This document shows, one piece after another, positions 26,184-37,597 of a stretch of 64,000 nt of DNA (positions are counted from its first letter, which is position 1; each line of letters begins with the position of its first letter). A model generated the notes under the pieces. It ran no database searches. It was not told where the DNA came from and worked only from the letters and a program-made list of their open reading frames with translations. Origin of the DNA: an uncultured Candidatus Saccharibacteria bacterium (GTDB taxonomy: Bacteria; Patescibacteriota; Minisyncoccia; Phycocordibacterales; Zambryskibacteraceae); the NCBI GenBank assembly GCA_964446535.1, contig CAYUOR010000002.1, positions 43,372 through 107,371 of the forward strand, in the 5' to 3' direction. Made by a program: the position numbers and the translations under genes.

Positions 26184-27041
26184 ATGGATATTGTTAGAAA
26201 ATACTGGTCAGAACTTATCGTAGCAGGGCTAATTCTCGCGAATATCCTCGTCTTTCTTTCCCTTCATGAAAGGAGTCCCAATCAAATTCTCTCCGTATAT
26301 TTTTTGGATGTTGGACAGGGGGATGCGATTTTTATTGAATCACCATCGCGCCAGAGAATTTTAATTGACGGCGGTCGAAACAGGAAAGTTTTAACCGAGC
26401 TTGGCAAAATTTTGCCGTTTGCTGATAGAAGAATTGATTTTGTCATAGCGACGCATCCGGACGGTGACCACATTGGAGGGTTGCCGGAGGTTGTAAGCCG
26501 CTATAAAGTTGGCACCTATTTGGAGCCCGGGGTTTTATCGGAAAGCTCTGTAAATACAGAATTGCACGATCGTCTCGAAATAAAAAATATTCCAATAATT
26601 TTAGCGCGAAGAGGTATGGTGATTGTTCTTGGTGATGACGTGCGACTAGAAATTCTTTTCCCCGCGGTCGACGTTTCAAATTGGGAAAGTAACAGGGCCT
26701 CTATCGTGTCTAGACTTGTATATGGTGACCACGAATTTCTGTTGACAGGAGACTCCCCCTCTCAGATAGAGCACGTCTTAACCATCCTTGATAAGGAAAA
26801 AATTGATGTAGAAGTTTTAAAGGTGGGGCACCACGGTTCGCGCACCTCCACTTCGCTCGAGTTTGTCCAGGCAACAACCCCCGAATATGCGGTAATATCC
26901 GCCGGACGCGACAATACTTACGGCCATCCCCATCAAGAAGTTTTGGTCAATTTAGAAAAAGTCCAGGCGAAAATTTTAAGCACCACCAACCTTGGCAGAA
27001 TAAAGTTTGAAACGGACGGAAAAGTACTCAGGGTTAAATAA
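26184..27041 (+). CDS. Membrane-anchored metallo-beta-lactamase-fold protein corresponding to the ComEC C-terminal domain
   Basis: N-terminal TM helix, then FLDVGQGDAIFIE...ATHPDGDHIGG...VGHHGSRTS typical of the ComEC MBL domain. Confidence 0.7.
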   Translation: MDIVRKYWSELIVAGLILANILVFLSLHERSPNQILSVYFLDVGQGDAIFIESPSRQRILIDGGRNRKVLTELGKILPFADRRIDFVIATHPDGDHIGGLPEVVSRYKVGTYLEPGVLSESSVNTELHDRLEIKNIPIILARRGMVIVLGDDVRLEILFPAVDVSNWESNRASIVSRLVYGDHEFLLTGDSPSQIEHVLTILDKEKIDVEVLKVGHHGSRTSTSLEFVQATTPEYAVISAGRDNTYGHPHQEVLVNLEKVQAKILSTTNLGRIKFETDGKVLRVK

Positions 27042-27276
27042 CCCCCGCTTTTTTGAGCACCGAATGAGCACCGCGTTTGTTTATGGTCTTTATAGCGCGA
27101 GTGGAGAGGACGAGGGTGATAGTTTTCTTGAGTTCGGGCACGTAAATGCGCTTTTTCTGGAAATTCGGGTACTTTCTCGTAAAGCCTGTCGGATTAAATT
27201 GGGTAGCACGAGTCCTGTTGGAGTAGCCCCCACCGATTTTCGAACCCTTTTTGCTGACTGGACAAACTTTCGCCAT
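27034..27276 (-). CDS. rpmB: 50S ribosomal protein L28
   Basis: MAKVCPVSKKG...NRTRATQ...R.FTRKYPNFQKKRIYVPE matches the L28 family. Confidence 0.85.
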   Translation of the reverse strand: MAKVCPVSKKGSKIGGGYSNRTRATQFNPTGFTRKYPNFQKKRIYVPELKKTITLVLSTRAIKTINKRGAHSVLKKAGVI

Positions 27277-27310
27277 ATGGGGCTAAAGACTAGCATGTTA
27301 TAATGCCGAA

Positions 27311-27937
27311 ATGCAAGTTGATTTCCTCTTTCAAATCGTGATTCTTATCATGTCTGTCGTGATTCACGAAGTTACTCACGGCTATGTAGCCTCTATTTTA
27401 GGCGACCAGACCGCGCGCTACCAGGGCCGCTTAACACTTAACCCGATAAAGCATCTTGATTTCTTCGGCTCGTTTCTCGTGCCGCTACTTCTTAAGCTTT
27501 CTGGGGTAGGCATCATTCTCGGTTGGGCAAAGCCTGTGCCTTATAACCCGTACAATCTCCGCCCCGGTCGGTGGTCCGAGGCGCTCGTCGCGTTTGCCGG
27601 CCCTGGAGCCAATATCGTTCTCGCTCTTGTCTTTGGACTTTTTCTTCGTTTCACTATTTCGACTGGAGCAAGCTGGTTTAACGAAGACTTTTTATTTATC
27701 ACCAGTCTAGTTGTTTTTATCAACATCTTGCTTGCTATTTTCAACTTAATTCCGATTCCGCCCCTTGACGGCTCCAAAATCCTTTTCGCTATTTTCCCTG
27801 AAAAATTTTTAGAGCTGAGAAATTTCTTTGAGCGCTACGGCCTGGTGCTCGTACTCCTATTTGTTTTCTTTCTTTGGAAGTTCGTTTATCCCCTGGTCGG
27901 GGCGATTTTCAGCCTGATTACCGGTGTTTCATTCTAG
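27311..27937 (+). CDS. Peptidase M50 family (site-2 protease-like) membrane metalloprotease
   Basis: HEVTHG zinc-binding motif in the first TM segment; polytopic; LDG motif. Confidence 0.75.
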   Translation: MQVDFLFQIVILIMSVVIHEVTHGYVASILGDQTARYQGRLTLNPIKHLDFFGSFLVPLLLKLSGVGIILGWAKPVPYNPYNLRPGRWSEALVAFAGPGANIVLALVFGLFLRFTISTGASWFNEDFLFITSLVVFINILLAIFNLIPIPPLDGSKILFAIFPEKFLELRNFFERYGLVLVLLFVFFLWKFVYPLVGAIFSLITGVSF

Positions 27938-27940
27938 GAG

Positions 27941-27958
27941 CCTGCCTGCGCAGGCAGG
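27941..27958. repeat. Palindrome CCTGCCTGCGCAGGCAGG containing the recurrent 15-mer GCCTGCGCAGGCAGG
   Basis: perfect 18-nt palindrome. The same 15-mer recurs at 51319-51333, and a 13-mer version at 56239-56251. Confidence 0.5.
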
Positions 27959-27989
27959 TTGCATTTTAGCTCTGTTTCGGTTAGAGTGA
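27959..27989 (+). promoter_or_regulatory. Putative sigma70-like promoter for rpsL operon (TTGCAT-N16-TAGAGT)
   Basis: hexamers immediately after the palindrome, followed by the hairpin CCCCTGAGGGG plus a T-run just before the rpsL ATG. Confidence 0.3.
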
Positions 27990-28015
27990 GCTTTCCCCTG
28001 AGGGGTCTTTTTTAA

Positions 28016-28429
28016 ATGTCGACTATAAATCAGCTTGTCAGACGAAAGAAGAGAAAAAGAATTAGCCGCAAGACTAAAGCGGTTGCTTTGACGCGCGGAT
28101 TTAATACCATAAAAAATAGACCCATTCTATTCAATTCTCCGTTTAAGCGCGGTGTCGCGACAAAAGTTACGACAAAGACTCCCAAGAAACCAAACTCCGC
28201 TATCAGAAAAATCGCCCGCGTTAGGCTAACCAACGGTATGGAAGTGACAGCCTATATTCCTGGTATCGGCCACACTCTTCAAGAGCACTCGGTCGTCCTT
28301 CTTCGCGGCGGTCGTGTCAAGGATGTCGGCCTTCGCTATACCATTGTGCGTGGCGTACTTGATGCCACAGGAGTTGAGAGTAGACGACAAGCTAGAAGCC
28401 AGTATGGCGCCAAGAAGCCAAAGGCATAA
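28016..28429 (+). CDS. rpsL: 30S ribosomal protein S12
   Basis: [15 protein letters not shown]-terminus and conserved PKKPNSA(I)RK...[19 protein letters not shown]. Confidence 0.9.
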   Translation: MSTINQLVRRKKRKRISRKTKAVALTRGFNTIKNRPILFNSPFKRGVATKVTTKTPKKPNSAIRKIARVRLTNGMEVTAYIPGIGHTLQEHSVVLLRGGRVKDVGLRYTIVRGVLDATGVESRRQARSQYGAKKPKA

Positions 28430-28435
28430 ACACTA

Positions 28436-28906
28436 ATGCGCAGGAAACTAAAAGCCAAGCCGAAAATAAATCCAGACTTTGTCTACGATTCGGAAAAAAT
28501 AACGAAATTCATAAACTATTGCATGGAACGCGGTAAGAAAAATACCGCAAGAAAGGTCGTCTACGATTCCTTCGAGCTTATTAAAGAAAAGACAAAAAAC
28601 CAAAACCCTCTTGAAATTTTCGAACTGGCTCTTAAAAATACTGGTCCAACCATGGAGGTTCGTTCACGCCGTGTCGGGGGCGCCAACTATCAAATCCCGC
28701 GCGAAGTTCGCCCCGAACGTCGTCAGTTCCTCTCTATGAAGTGGATAATTGATGCCGCAAGAACCAAGAAGGGCAAGCCCATGGCGGAAAAACTTGCCGA
28801 AGAAATTATTGCCGCCTCTAACAACGAAGGAGAAGCAATTCGTAAACGCGAAAATATGCACAAAATGGCCGAAGCCAACAAGGCTTTCGCCCACTTCGCC
28901 TGGTAA
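28436..28906 (+). CDS. rpsG: 30S ribosomal protein S7
   Basis: S7 family conservation; position between rpsL and fusA. Confidence 0.9.
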   Translation: MRRKLKAKPKINPDFVYDSEKITKFINYCMERGKKNTARKVVYDSFELIKEKTKNQNPLEIFELALKNTGPTMEVRSRRVGGANYQIPREVRPERRQFLSMKWIIDAARTKKGKPMAEKLAEEIIAASNNEGEAIRKRENMHKMAEANKAFAHFAW

Positions 28907-28911
28907 ATTTT

Positions 28912-31074
<2,163 letters not shown>

Positions 31075-31232
31075 TTGACTATTTGGACGGTTCTATATAA
31101 CATATTGCCCAAGCGTTATACGTGCGTTTGGCTTGATCTTTGAGATTATTCTCAATAAGTTCGGGTTAAGCGATTTCCTATGCGCTTTCACTTTAGACAC
31201 TAAATTAACTTAACCATTAATTCTTAATTACT

Positions 31233-32423
31233 ATGGCAGAATTTGATCGTTCAAAGCCGCACATCAACGTCGGGACCATCGGTCACGTTGACCACGGCAA
31301 GACCACTTTGACCGCCGCTATTTTGAACGTGCTTCACCGCGCGGGCAAGAAGGCGACCGTCAAGAACGTCGACCAGATCGACAACTCTCCTGAAGAGAAG
31401 GCGAGGGGTATTACCATTGCCCTCTCTCACTCTGAATATGAGACCGATGCTCGCCACTACGCGCACGTCGACGCCCCTGGTCACGCGGACTATATTAAAA
31501 ACATGATTACCGGTGCCGCTCAGATGGACGGCGCCATTCTAGTTGTTGCTGCGACTGACGGCGTGATGCCCCAGACGCGCGAGCACATCCTGCTTGCCAA
31601 GCAGGTCGGTGTGCCGAAGATCGTAGTTTTCCTCAACAAGTGCGATATGGTTGCCGACAAGGAGCTTATCGCCCTCGTTGAAGAGGAGGTTCGAGATCTC
31701 TTGAAGAAATATGACTACGACGGTGCAAATGCTCCAGTTATTAAGGGTTCTGCTCTTAAGGCCCTTGAAGCTTCTGGCGTTGACGACGAATGGTCAAAGA
31801 AGGTCTTGGAACTTGCCGACGCTCTTGATACTTATTTTCCGGTTCCGGTTCGAGAAACAGACAAGCCGTTTCTTATGCCTATCGAGGACATCTTCTCTAT
31901 TGAAGGTCGAGGGACGGTAGTTACCGGTCGTATTGAGAGGGGTATCGTGAAGGTCGGTGAGGAAATAGAAATTGTCGGCATCAAAGATACTTCTAAGACC
32001 ACTGTTACTGGAATTGAGATGTTCAACAAATCGCTCAAAGAAGGTATGGCTGGAGACAATGCCGGCATTCTTCTTCGTGGCGTAAAGAAAGAAGACCTCC
32101 ACCGAGGTCAGGTCTTGGCGAAGCCCGGTTCGGTCACTCCGCACACCGACTTCACGGCCGAGGTCTACATTCTTAAGAAAGAGGAAGGTGGCCGTCACAC
32201 TCCGTTTTTCACCGGCTACAAACCACAATTCTACATCCGCACCACTGACGTTACTGGTGAAGTGACGCTTGCAGAAGGTGTTGAGATGGTTATGCCGGGA
32301 GACACCGCAACCTTTAAGGTTAAGTTGGTTGCGCCTGTCGCTCTTGAAAGTGAACAGCGCTTCGCCATCCGCGAGGGAGGCAAAACTGTCGGTGCCGGTG
32401 TCGTTACCAAGATAATCGCCTAA
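31233..32423 (+). CDS. tuf: Elongation factor Tu
   Basis: [29 protein letters not shown]. Confidence 0.95.
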   Translation: MAEFDRSKPHINVGTIGHVDHGKTTLTAAILNVLHRAGKKATVKNVDQIDNSPEEKARGITIALSHSEYETDARHYAHVDAPGHADYIKNMITGAAQMDGAILVVAATDGVMPQTREHILLAKQVGVPKIVVFLNKCDMVADKELIALVEEEVRDLLKKYDYDGANAPVIKGSALKALEASGVDDEWSKKVLELADALDTYFPVPVRETDKPFLMPIEDIFSIEGRGTVVTGRIERGIVKVGEEIEIVGIKDTSKTTVTGIEMFNKSLKEGMAGDNAGILLRGVKKEDLHRGQVLAKPGSVTPHTDFTAEVYILKKEEGGRHTPFFTGYKPQFYIRTTDVTGEVTLAEGVEMVMPGDTATFKVKLVAPVALESEQRFAIREGGKTVGAGVVTKIIA

Positions 32424-32476
32424 GTACCACATAGAAAATTTGTTCTTTCGGGACGCGTGAAAGCGCCCTAATCACA

Positions 32477-32884
32477 ATGGCTACCAAACAAACCAAAAAA
32501 GCTCCCCCAAAAAGTCAGAAAAAGACGACTAAGGCTCCGAAAGCTCCGAAGTTGAAAGTCCCCAAAGCGGAGGAGATAACTTCGCGCCTGCGCATCCGGG
32601 TTCGTGCCTATGAGTCGAAGATTCTTGATCTCTCGGTTAAGCAGATTATCGATACGGCACTTCGCTACGATGCGAAAGTTCAAGGTCCGATACCCCTGCC
32701 AACCGAGATTAAGAAATACACAGTAAATCGCGCCGCCTTTATCTACAAGAACGCGCGCGAACAGTTTGAGATGAGGATTCATAAGAGACTGATTGACATC
32801 TTGAACCCAACTCCAAAAATCATTGAATCCTTGACGAATCTCTCACTGCCGAGCGGGGTCAACATCGACGTAAAACTCATATGA
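32477..32884 (+). CDS. rpsJ: 30S ribosomal protein S10 with ~27-aa lysine-rich N-terminal extension
   Basis: core [16 protein letters not shown]...GPIPLPT; N-terminus [25 protein letters not shown]. Confidence 0.8.
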   Translation: MATKQTKKAPPKSQKKTTKAPKAPKLKVPKAEEITSRLRIRVRAYESKILDLSVKQIIDTALRYDAKVQGPIPLPTEIKKYTVNRAAFIYKNAREQFEMRIHKRLIDILNPTPKIIESLTNLSLPSGVNIDVKLI

Positions 32885-33327
32885 AAAAAATGAAGGCAAA
32901 AAAGGTGGGAATGACGCAAATATTCGACGAGGGCGGGGAAGTTTATCCCGTTACGCTTGTTGTACCCGTAGACAATCCGAAGAGCGAAGGAGGAGAGGCG
33001 CTCTTCACGGAGGGCGAGAATATTGACGTTTCGGCTATATCCAAAGGTAAGGGTTTTCAAGGTGTTGTTAAACGCCACAAATTCGGAGGCGGTAGACGCA
33101 CTCATGGGCAGAAACATTCAGAGCGCGAAGTGGGCTCCATCGGCGGTGGTGGTCGAGCTGGGGGTCGTGTTGCGAAGGGTATGAGAATGGCTGGCAGGAT
33201 GGGTGGCAAAAGAATAACAGTAAAAAGATTGAAGATTATGAGAATTTCTCCAGAAACTAGAGAAATTTTTATTCGTGGCGCCATTCCTGGGAGACGTGGC
33301 GCTCTTGTTGAATTAAGGTCGCAATAA
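32881..33327 (+). CDS. rplC: 50S ribosomal protein L3 (shortened, 148 aa)
   Basis: [22 protein letters not shown]-terminus, [13 protein letters not shown] and MAGRMGG.R.TV; the central region is missing. Confidence 0.75.
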   Translation: MKKMKAKKVGMTQIFDEGGEVYPVTLVVPVDNPKSEGGEALFTEGENIDVSAISKGKGFQGVVKRHKFGGGRRTHGQKHSEREVGSIGGGGRAGGRVAKGMRMAGRMGGKRITVKRLKIMRISPETREIFIRGAIPGRRGALVELRSQ

Positions 33328-33332
33328 ATTTT

Positions 33333-34013
33333 ATGGAAGGAATTATCTACAGCATGGAAGGAAAAAAGTCTGGCACGGTTTCTTTACCGAAAAATATTTT
33401 TGGTCTTTCTTGGAATGCCGACCTAGTAAAACAAGTTGTCGACTCTCTCCTCTCCTCAAGAAGGAAACCCGTTGCCCACACCAAAAACCGTGGCGAAGTC
33501 CGTGGTGGCGGTAAAAAACCCTGGCAGCAGAAGGGTACCGGTCGGGCGCGACACGGCTCCATACGCTCTCCTCTCTGGGTAGGGGGTGGTGTTACCGGTG
33601 GTCCAAGAAAAGATAAAAATTTCTCCCGTAAAGTTTCGCAAAAAACTAGAATTAAAGCCCTCCACACAATCCTTTCTCGCAAAGCGAAAGACGGCGAACT
33701 GCTTCTTGTCGACTCTCTGTCGCTTAAGGAACCCAAAACTCGTGAAGCTATTAAAGCTCTAAATTCTCTTTCAGGAGTCAAGGGTTTTGAAAGGCTCTTT
33801 TCAAAGACGAAAAATGCAACCCTTATTGCTTTTGCTGAGAAAGACAAGAAAAATGAACGCGCCTTTGAAAATCTTGGCAATGTTGAAGTTATCGAGGCAC
33901 GCAACATGGACCCGATTTCTCTTTTGACGTATAAATATCTGGTTATAGAAAATCCGAAGAAAGCTCTTCCGTATCTTCCAGGCGCCAAAGCAAAAGAAAA
34001 TGCCAAATCTTAA
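33333..34013 (+). CDS. rplD: 50S ribosomal protein L4
   Basis: RGGGKKPWQQKGTGRARHGSIRSP. Confidence 0.85.
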   Translation: MEGIIYSMEGKKSGTVSLPKNIFGLSWNADLVKQVVDSLLSSRRKPVAHTKNRGEVRGGGKKPWQQKGTGRARHGSIRSPLWVGGGVTGGPRKDKNFSRKVSQKTRIKALHTILSRKAKDGELLLVDSLSLKEPKTREAIKALNSLSGVKGFERLFSKTKNATLIAFAEKDKKNERAFENLGNVEVIEARNMDPISLLTYKYLVIENPKKALPYLPGAKAKENAKS

Positions 34014-34290
34014 TCTTAAACCTAAAAATGTTTTACTGAGGCCTCGCATTACCGAGAAGGCAGCTCTTCGCGCGGACAAGGGCGTTTACGTCTTTGAGGT
34101 GACGAAAGATGCCAATAAAAGATCGATTAAAGCCTCGGTCAAAGCGGTCTATGGTGTCACCCCGACCAAGGTCTCGGTTGCGAGCATTCCTTCCAAGGGA
34201 GTTTTTGTCAGAGGTAAATGGGGTGTAAAGAGCGGCGGTAAAAAGGCCTACGTTTATCTAAAGAAGGGAGATAAGATCGAGCTCATGTAA
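34000..34290 (+). CDS. rplW: 50S ribosomal protein L23
   Basis: L23 family conservation; overlaps the rplD end; operon position. Confidence 0.8.
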   Translation: MPNLNLKPKNVLLRPRITEKAALRADKGVYVFEVTKDANKRSIKASVKAVYGVTPTKVSVASIPSKGVFVRGKWGVKSGGKKAYVYLKKGDKIELM

Positions 34291-34294
34291 TTTT

Positions 34295-35131
34295 ATGAAA
34301 ACCTACAAACCTACAACTAAATCTCGGCGCCAGACATCCGGTATAGACTTTAGAAAAATTCTTACTACCGATAAACCGGAGAAATCGCTAACTAGCGGTT
34401 TTAAGCGTGGTGCGGGACGAAATAGACATGGCCGTATCACCACTCGGCACAAAGGCGGTGGGCACAAACGTCTTTTCCGCGACGTTGATTTCTCATACGA
34501 CAAGTACGATATTCCTTTCACCATAAAGACAGTCGAATATGATCCAAATCGCTCGGGCTTCATAGGCCTTGCTCAGTACAAAGACGGAGAAAAGCGCTAC
34601 GTTCTGCTTCACAACACCGCCAAGGTGGGTGATTCTTATATAGTTTCCGAGAAAGCTCCTTTGGTAGCCGGTAACCGCCTGCCTCTTGGCAATATTGTTG
34701 TGGGCACCTTTGTTTACAATGTAGAACTCAAACACAAGGGTGGAGCAAAGCTTGCTCGTTCTGGAGGTAATTATGCAGAAGTGCTCGCCAAAGAGGGTGG
34801 CTATGTTGACTTAAAGATGCCGTCAACCGAGGTAAGAAAGGTGCCGGCAAACGCCTGGGCCACCATCGGCGAAGTTTCAAACAATGAAAATCGACTGGTT
34901 AATCTCGGTAAGGCCGGACGCTCAAGATGGCTTGGTATTCGTCCGACCGTTCGCGGAACCGCCATGAATCCGGTAGATCACCCGCACGGCGGAGGAGAGG
35001 GCAGACAAGGTCGAGGCAGGAGACGCGCTGTTTCTTTCACTGGTCGTCCAACCGGCAAGGGTCAGAAATCTCGCCGAGCCAAGAAATATTCAAACAAATT
35101 TATTGTCAGTCGCAGAAAAGTCGGCAAGTAA
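34295..35131 (+). CDS. rplB: 50S ribosomal protein L2
   Basis: GRNRHGRITTRHKGGGHKR; C-terminal HPHGGGEG. Confidence 0.9.
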   Translation: MKTYKPTTKSRRQTSGIDFRKILTTDKPEKSLTSGFKRGAGRNRHGRITTRHKGGGHKRLFRDVDFSYDKYDIPFTIKTVEYDPNRSGFIGLAQYKDGEKRYVLLHNTAKVGDSYIVSEKAPLVAGNRLPLGNIVVGTFVYNVELKHKGGAKLARSGGNYAEVLAKEGGYVDLKMPSTEVRKVPANAWATIGEVSNNENRLVNLGKAGRSRWLGIRPTVRGTAMNPVDHPHGGGEGRQGRGRRRAVSFTGRPTGKGQKSRRAKKYSNKFIVSRRKVGK

Positions 35132-35242
35132 CGCTTGCTTTATTTTTTAAAGTTTACTAGAGTATCTAGCCATAAGGTCAAAGACAAGGGGCAACCATAA
35201 GTCCTCTCGAGACTAGACTCAGGTTTTCGGCCTTATAAAATT

Positions 35243-35728
35243 ATGGCCATTTCTCGTGCTAAGAAAGAAGAAGTATTGGAAAAACTAAGGCAAGCGTTTA
35301 AAAACGCCAAGTCTTTAGTTTTTATTAACTTCAAAGGACTCTCGGTCGGCGATACAGCCAACATGAGAAAAACTCTCAAATCCGAGGGCATTTCTTATAT
35401 GGTGGCAAAGAAAACTCTTACGCACCGCGCGCTTACCGAGGCTCGATTTGACGGCGAAGCGCCGACACTAGACGGAGAACTGGCGCTGGCTTGGGGTAGC
35501 GATGATACGGCCCCTGCTCGCGGCGTCCACTCATTCAAGGAAAAATTTCCTGAAAGCTTAAAAATTCTTGGCGGAGTTTTTCAAGGTCGCTTTATGACGG
35601 GCGCCGAGATGACAGAAATTGCCATGATTCCGAGCCTTGATGTTCTTAGGGGTAAGTTTGTCAACATTATAAATTCTCCAATACAGCGTTTTGTAATTGG
35701 GCTTAGCGAAATTAGTAAAAAGAAATAA
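35243..35728 (+). CDS. rplJ: 50S ribosomal protein L10
   Basis: L10 N-terminal domain [29 protein letters not shown]. Confidence 0.8.
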   Translation: MAISRAKKEEVLEKLRQAFKNAKSLVFINFKGLSVGDTANMRKTLKSEGISYMVAKKTLTHRALTEARFDGEAPTLDGELALAWGSDDTAPARGVHSFKEKFPESLKILGGVFQGRFMTGAEMTEIAMIPSLDVLRGKFVNIINSPIQRFVIGLSEISKKK

Positions 35729-36125
35729 CATGACAGAAGAAACAAAAAAAGCAGAAGTACCGGCGAAATTCGACAAAATTGTCAAAGAGATAGAGGGTAT
35801 GTCGGCGCTTGAACTAAATGAACTCGTCAAAGTTTTTGAAGAGCGTTTTGGTGTCTCGGCTACTGCCGTGGCTGTTGCCGGTCCTGCCGCCGCCGGTCCC
35901 GCTGAAGAAGAGAAATCTACGGCATCTGTAGAACTTGCCGATGGTGGTGCTAATAAAATTGGCGTAATCAAGGTCGTCAAGGAAGCTTTGGGTCTCGGTC
36001 TTAAAGAAGCCAAGGATCTCGTCGATGGCGCACCGTCAATGCTCAAGGCGGATATGAAAAAGGAAGACGCCGCAAACCTTAAAAAGCAAATTGAAGAAGC
36101 AGGTGGCAAGGTAAACCTCAAATAA
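35729..36125 (+). CDS. rplL: 50S ribosomal protein L7/L12
   Basis: Ala/Pro hinge [17 protein letters not shown] and C-terminal domain [25 protein letters not shown]; start placed at the internal ATG MTEETKK. Confidence 0.85.
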
Positions 36126-36138
36126 GTAATATAGGCGC

Positions 36139-36696
36139 ATGAAATCCGTTTCCCACATCTTCGGCGGAGAGGCCAAGGTGAAGGTTATGCGACTATTTAT
36201 CTTTAATCCTGGCCTTATTTTAAGCCTAGGCGAGGTGGCTAAGCGGGTTAAGGAGAGGCCTCGAATAGTAAGGCAGGACCTTAGAACTCTTACCAAGGCC
36301 GGTCTTATCAAGAAGCGTGCCAAAGGCTTTGCCCTTAACCAGTCTTATCCCTATCTTAGGGCGGTTGAAAACTTTCTTGTTGATGCCACACCCCTGACTC
36401 ATCAGGAAATTATCAAACGACTTTCACGCGGCGGCAACTTAAAACTTATTCTGATTTCGGGCGTTTTTCTTCACGATAAGGACTCAAGAGTTGACCTGCT
36501 TGTTGTCGGTACCAATCTGAAAAAAGCGAGAATTATATCGGCCATTCTCTCTATTGAGGCCGAACTCGGCAGGGAGCTCCGCTACGCCCTTTTTGAAACG
36601 GCCGATTTTCAATACCGTATGGGTATTTACGATAAATTAATCAGGGATATTCTAGACTATCCGCATCAAAGGGTTCTAAATAAGCTCAATATTTAA
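36139..36696 (+). CDS. Winged-helix DNA-binding domain fused to minimal nucleotidyltransferase (MNT)-like domain (hypothetical regulator)
   Basis: N-terminal ArsR/wHTH-like LSLGEVAKRVKERPRIVRQDLRTLTKAGLI; C-terminal ISGVFLHDKDSRVDLLVVG nucleotidyltransferase-like motif. Confidence 0.45.
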   Translation: MKSVSHIFGGEAKVKVMRLFIFNPGLILSLGEVAKRVKERPRIVRQDLRTLTKAGLIKKRAKGFALNQSYPYLRAVENFLVDATPLTHQEIIKRLSRGGNLKLILISGVFLHDKDSRVDLLVVGTNLKKARIISAILSIEAELGRELRYALFETADFQYRMGIYDKLIRDILDYPHQRVLNKLNI

Positions 36697-36824
36697 GGCT
36701 TAAACTATCCACAAGGAACGAAATAAACAGCTTATCTGGTGTATAATAGGTTGATACCCCTTTTAGAGTGGTAATTGAATTAGAAGCTAAGTGCGTTAAG
36801 CACAATATTCGCTAAAAAGAATAT

Positions 36825-37514
36825 ATGTTATTGGATACTTGGGGATTAGGATTGCAGTCCTCTTTCGAGACTCTTTGGTTGGGGATTGTAAGCTTTGTTC
36901 CGCAACTTGTTATCGCCATCCTTATTGTCGTGGTCGGCTGGCTCGTCGGAGCCCTTGTCGGTCGCGCCATCTGGCAGGTGTTCAAGTCTCTTAAGGTTGA
37001 TGATGCCCTACGCAAGGCGGGTTTTGAATCTTTCTTGCGAAGAGGTGGCCTCAATCTTGATTCAGGCGCCTTTATTGGCAGCTTGGTTAAGTGGTTCATA
37101 ATTGTAGTTTTCCTTATTGCCGCCTTCAATGTCTTGGGTCTCGCGCAAGTTAACTACTTCCTCCAGGATGTTGTAATCGGCTACTTGCCTCGAGTTCTTG
37201 CCGCGGCCTTGGTTCTTCTTGTCGCTGGCGTTATCGGAGATGTTACCGGACGCGTTGTGGTTACCGCCGCGAAAACCGCCGGAATCGCTTCTTCGCACTT
37301 TGTCGGCGCGGTTGCCAAGTGGTCCATCTGGATATTTGCTATCCTCGTAGCGCTCTCCCAGCTGGGTATTGCTGCCGCCTTCAGCCAGACACTCTTCACA
37401 GGCATCGTCATTGCGGTTTCTCTTGCTCTGGGACTCTCCTTCGGTCTTGGTGGTCAGGAAGCTGCCGCTCGCTTTATCGAGCGTCTGCGTGGTGAGATGA
37501 AGGGACACGAATAA
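36825..37514 (+). CDS. Membrane protein with repeated conserved TM-helix motif (MscS-associated TM_helix-like)
   Basis: about 5 TM helices with the repeated pattern Q.L...VI..LP..L.A..VLLV.G. Confidence 0.5.
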   Translation: MLLDTWGLGLQSSFETLWLGIVSFVPQLVIAILIVVVGWLVGALVGRAIWQVFKSLKVDDALRKAGFESFLRRGGLNLDSGAFIGSLVKWFIIVVFLIAAFNVLGLAQVNYFLQDVVIGYLPRVLAAALVLLVAGVIGDVTGRVVVTAAKTAGIASSHFVGAVAKWSIWIFAILVALSQLGIAAAFSQTLFTGIVIAVSLALGLSFGLGGQEAAARFIERLRGEMKGHE

Positions 37515-37555
37515 TCCAAGAGTGGTTTATTTAGCTAGGTAATACCACTGTGGCA

Positions 37556-37597
37556 AAAGCCCGTTCCGACCGAACGTCGGGGCGGGTTTTTGTTATT
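37556..37597 (+). terminator. Intrinsic terminator after the membrane protein gene
   Basis: compound hairpin GCCCGTTCCGACCGAACGTCGGGGCGGG followed by TTTTTGTT. Confidence 0.55.

Noticed and set aside
31794-32432. 212-aa minus-strand ORF antisense to tuf
   Set aside because: Overlaps EF-Tu, the most conserved gene in the window. Spurious.
33347-34006. 219-aa minus-strand ORF antisense to rplD
   Set aside because: Completely overlaps the L4 gene on the opposite strand. Arg/Ser/Pro-rich frame-shadow translation.
35558-36121. 187-aa minus-strand ORF antisense to rplL
   Set aside because: Ala/Ser/Pro-rich mirror of the L7/L12 Ala-rich hinge. Spurious.
36812-37129. 105-aa minus-strand ORF at the start of the TM-helix protein gene
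   Set aside because: Antisense to a membrane-protein gene with coherent TM periodicity on the plus strand. Pro/Arg-rich translation.
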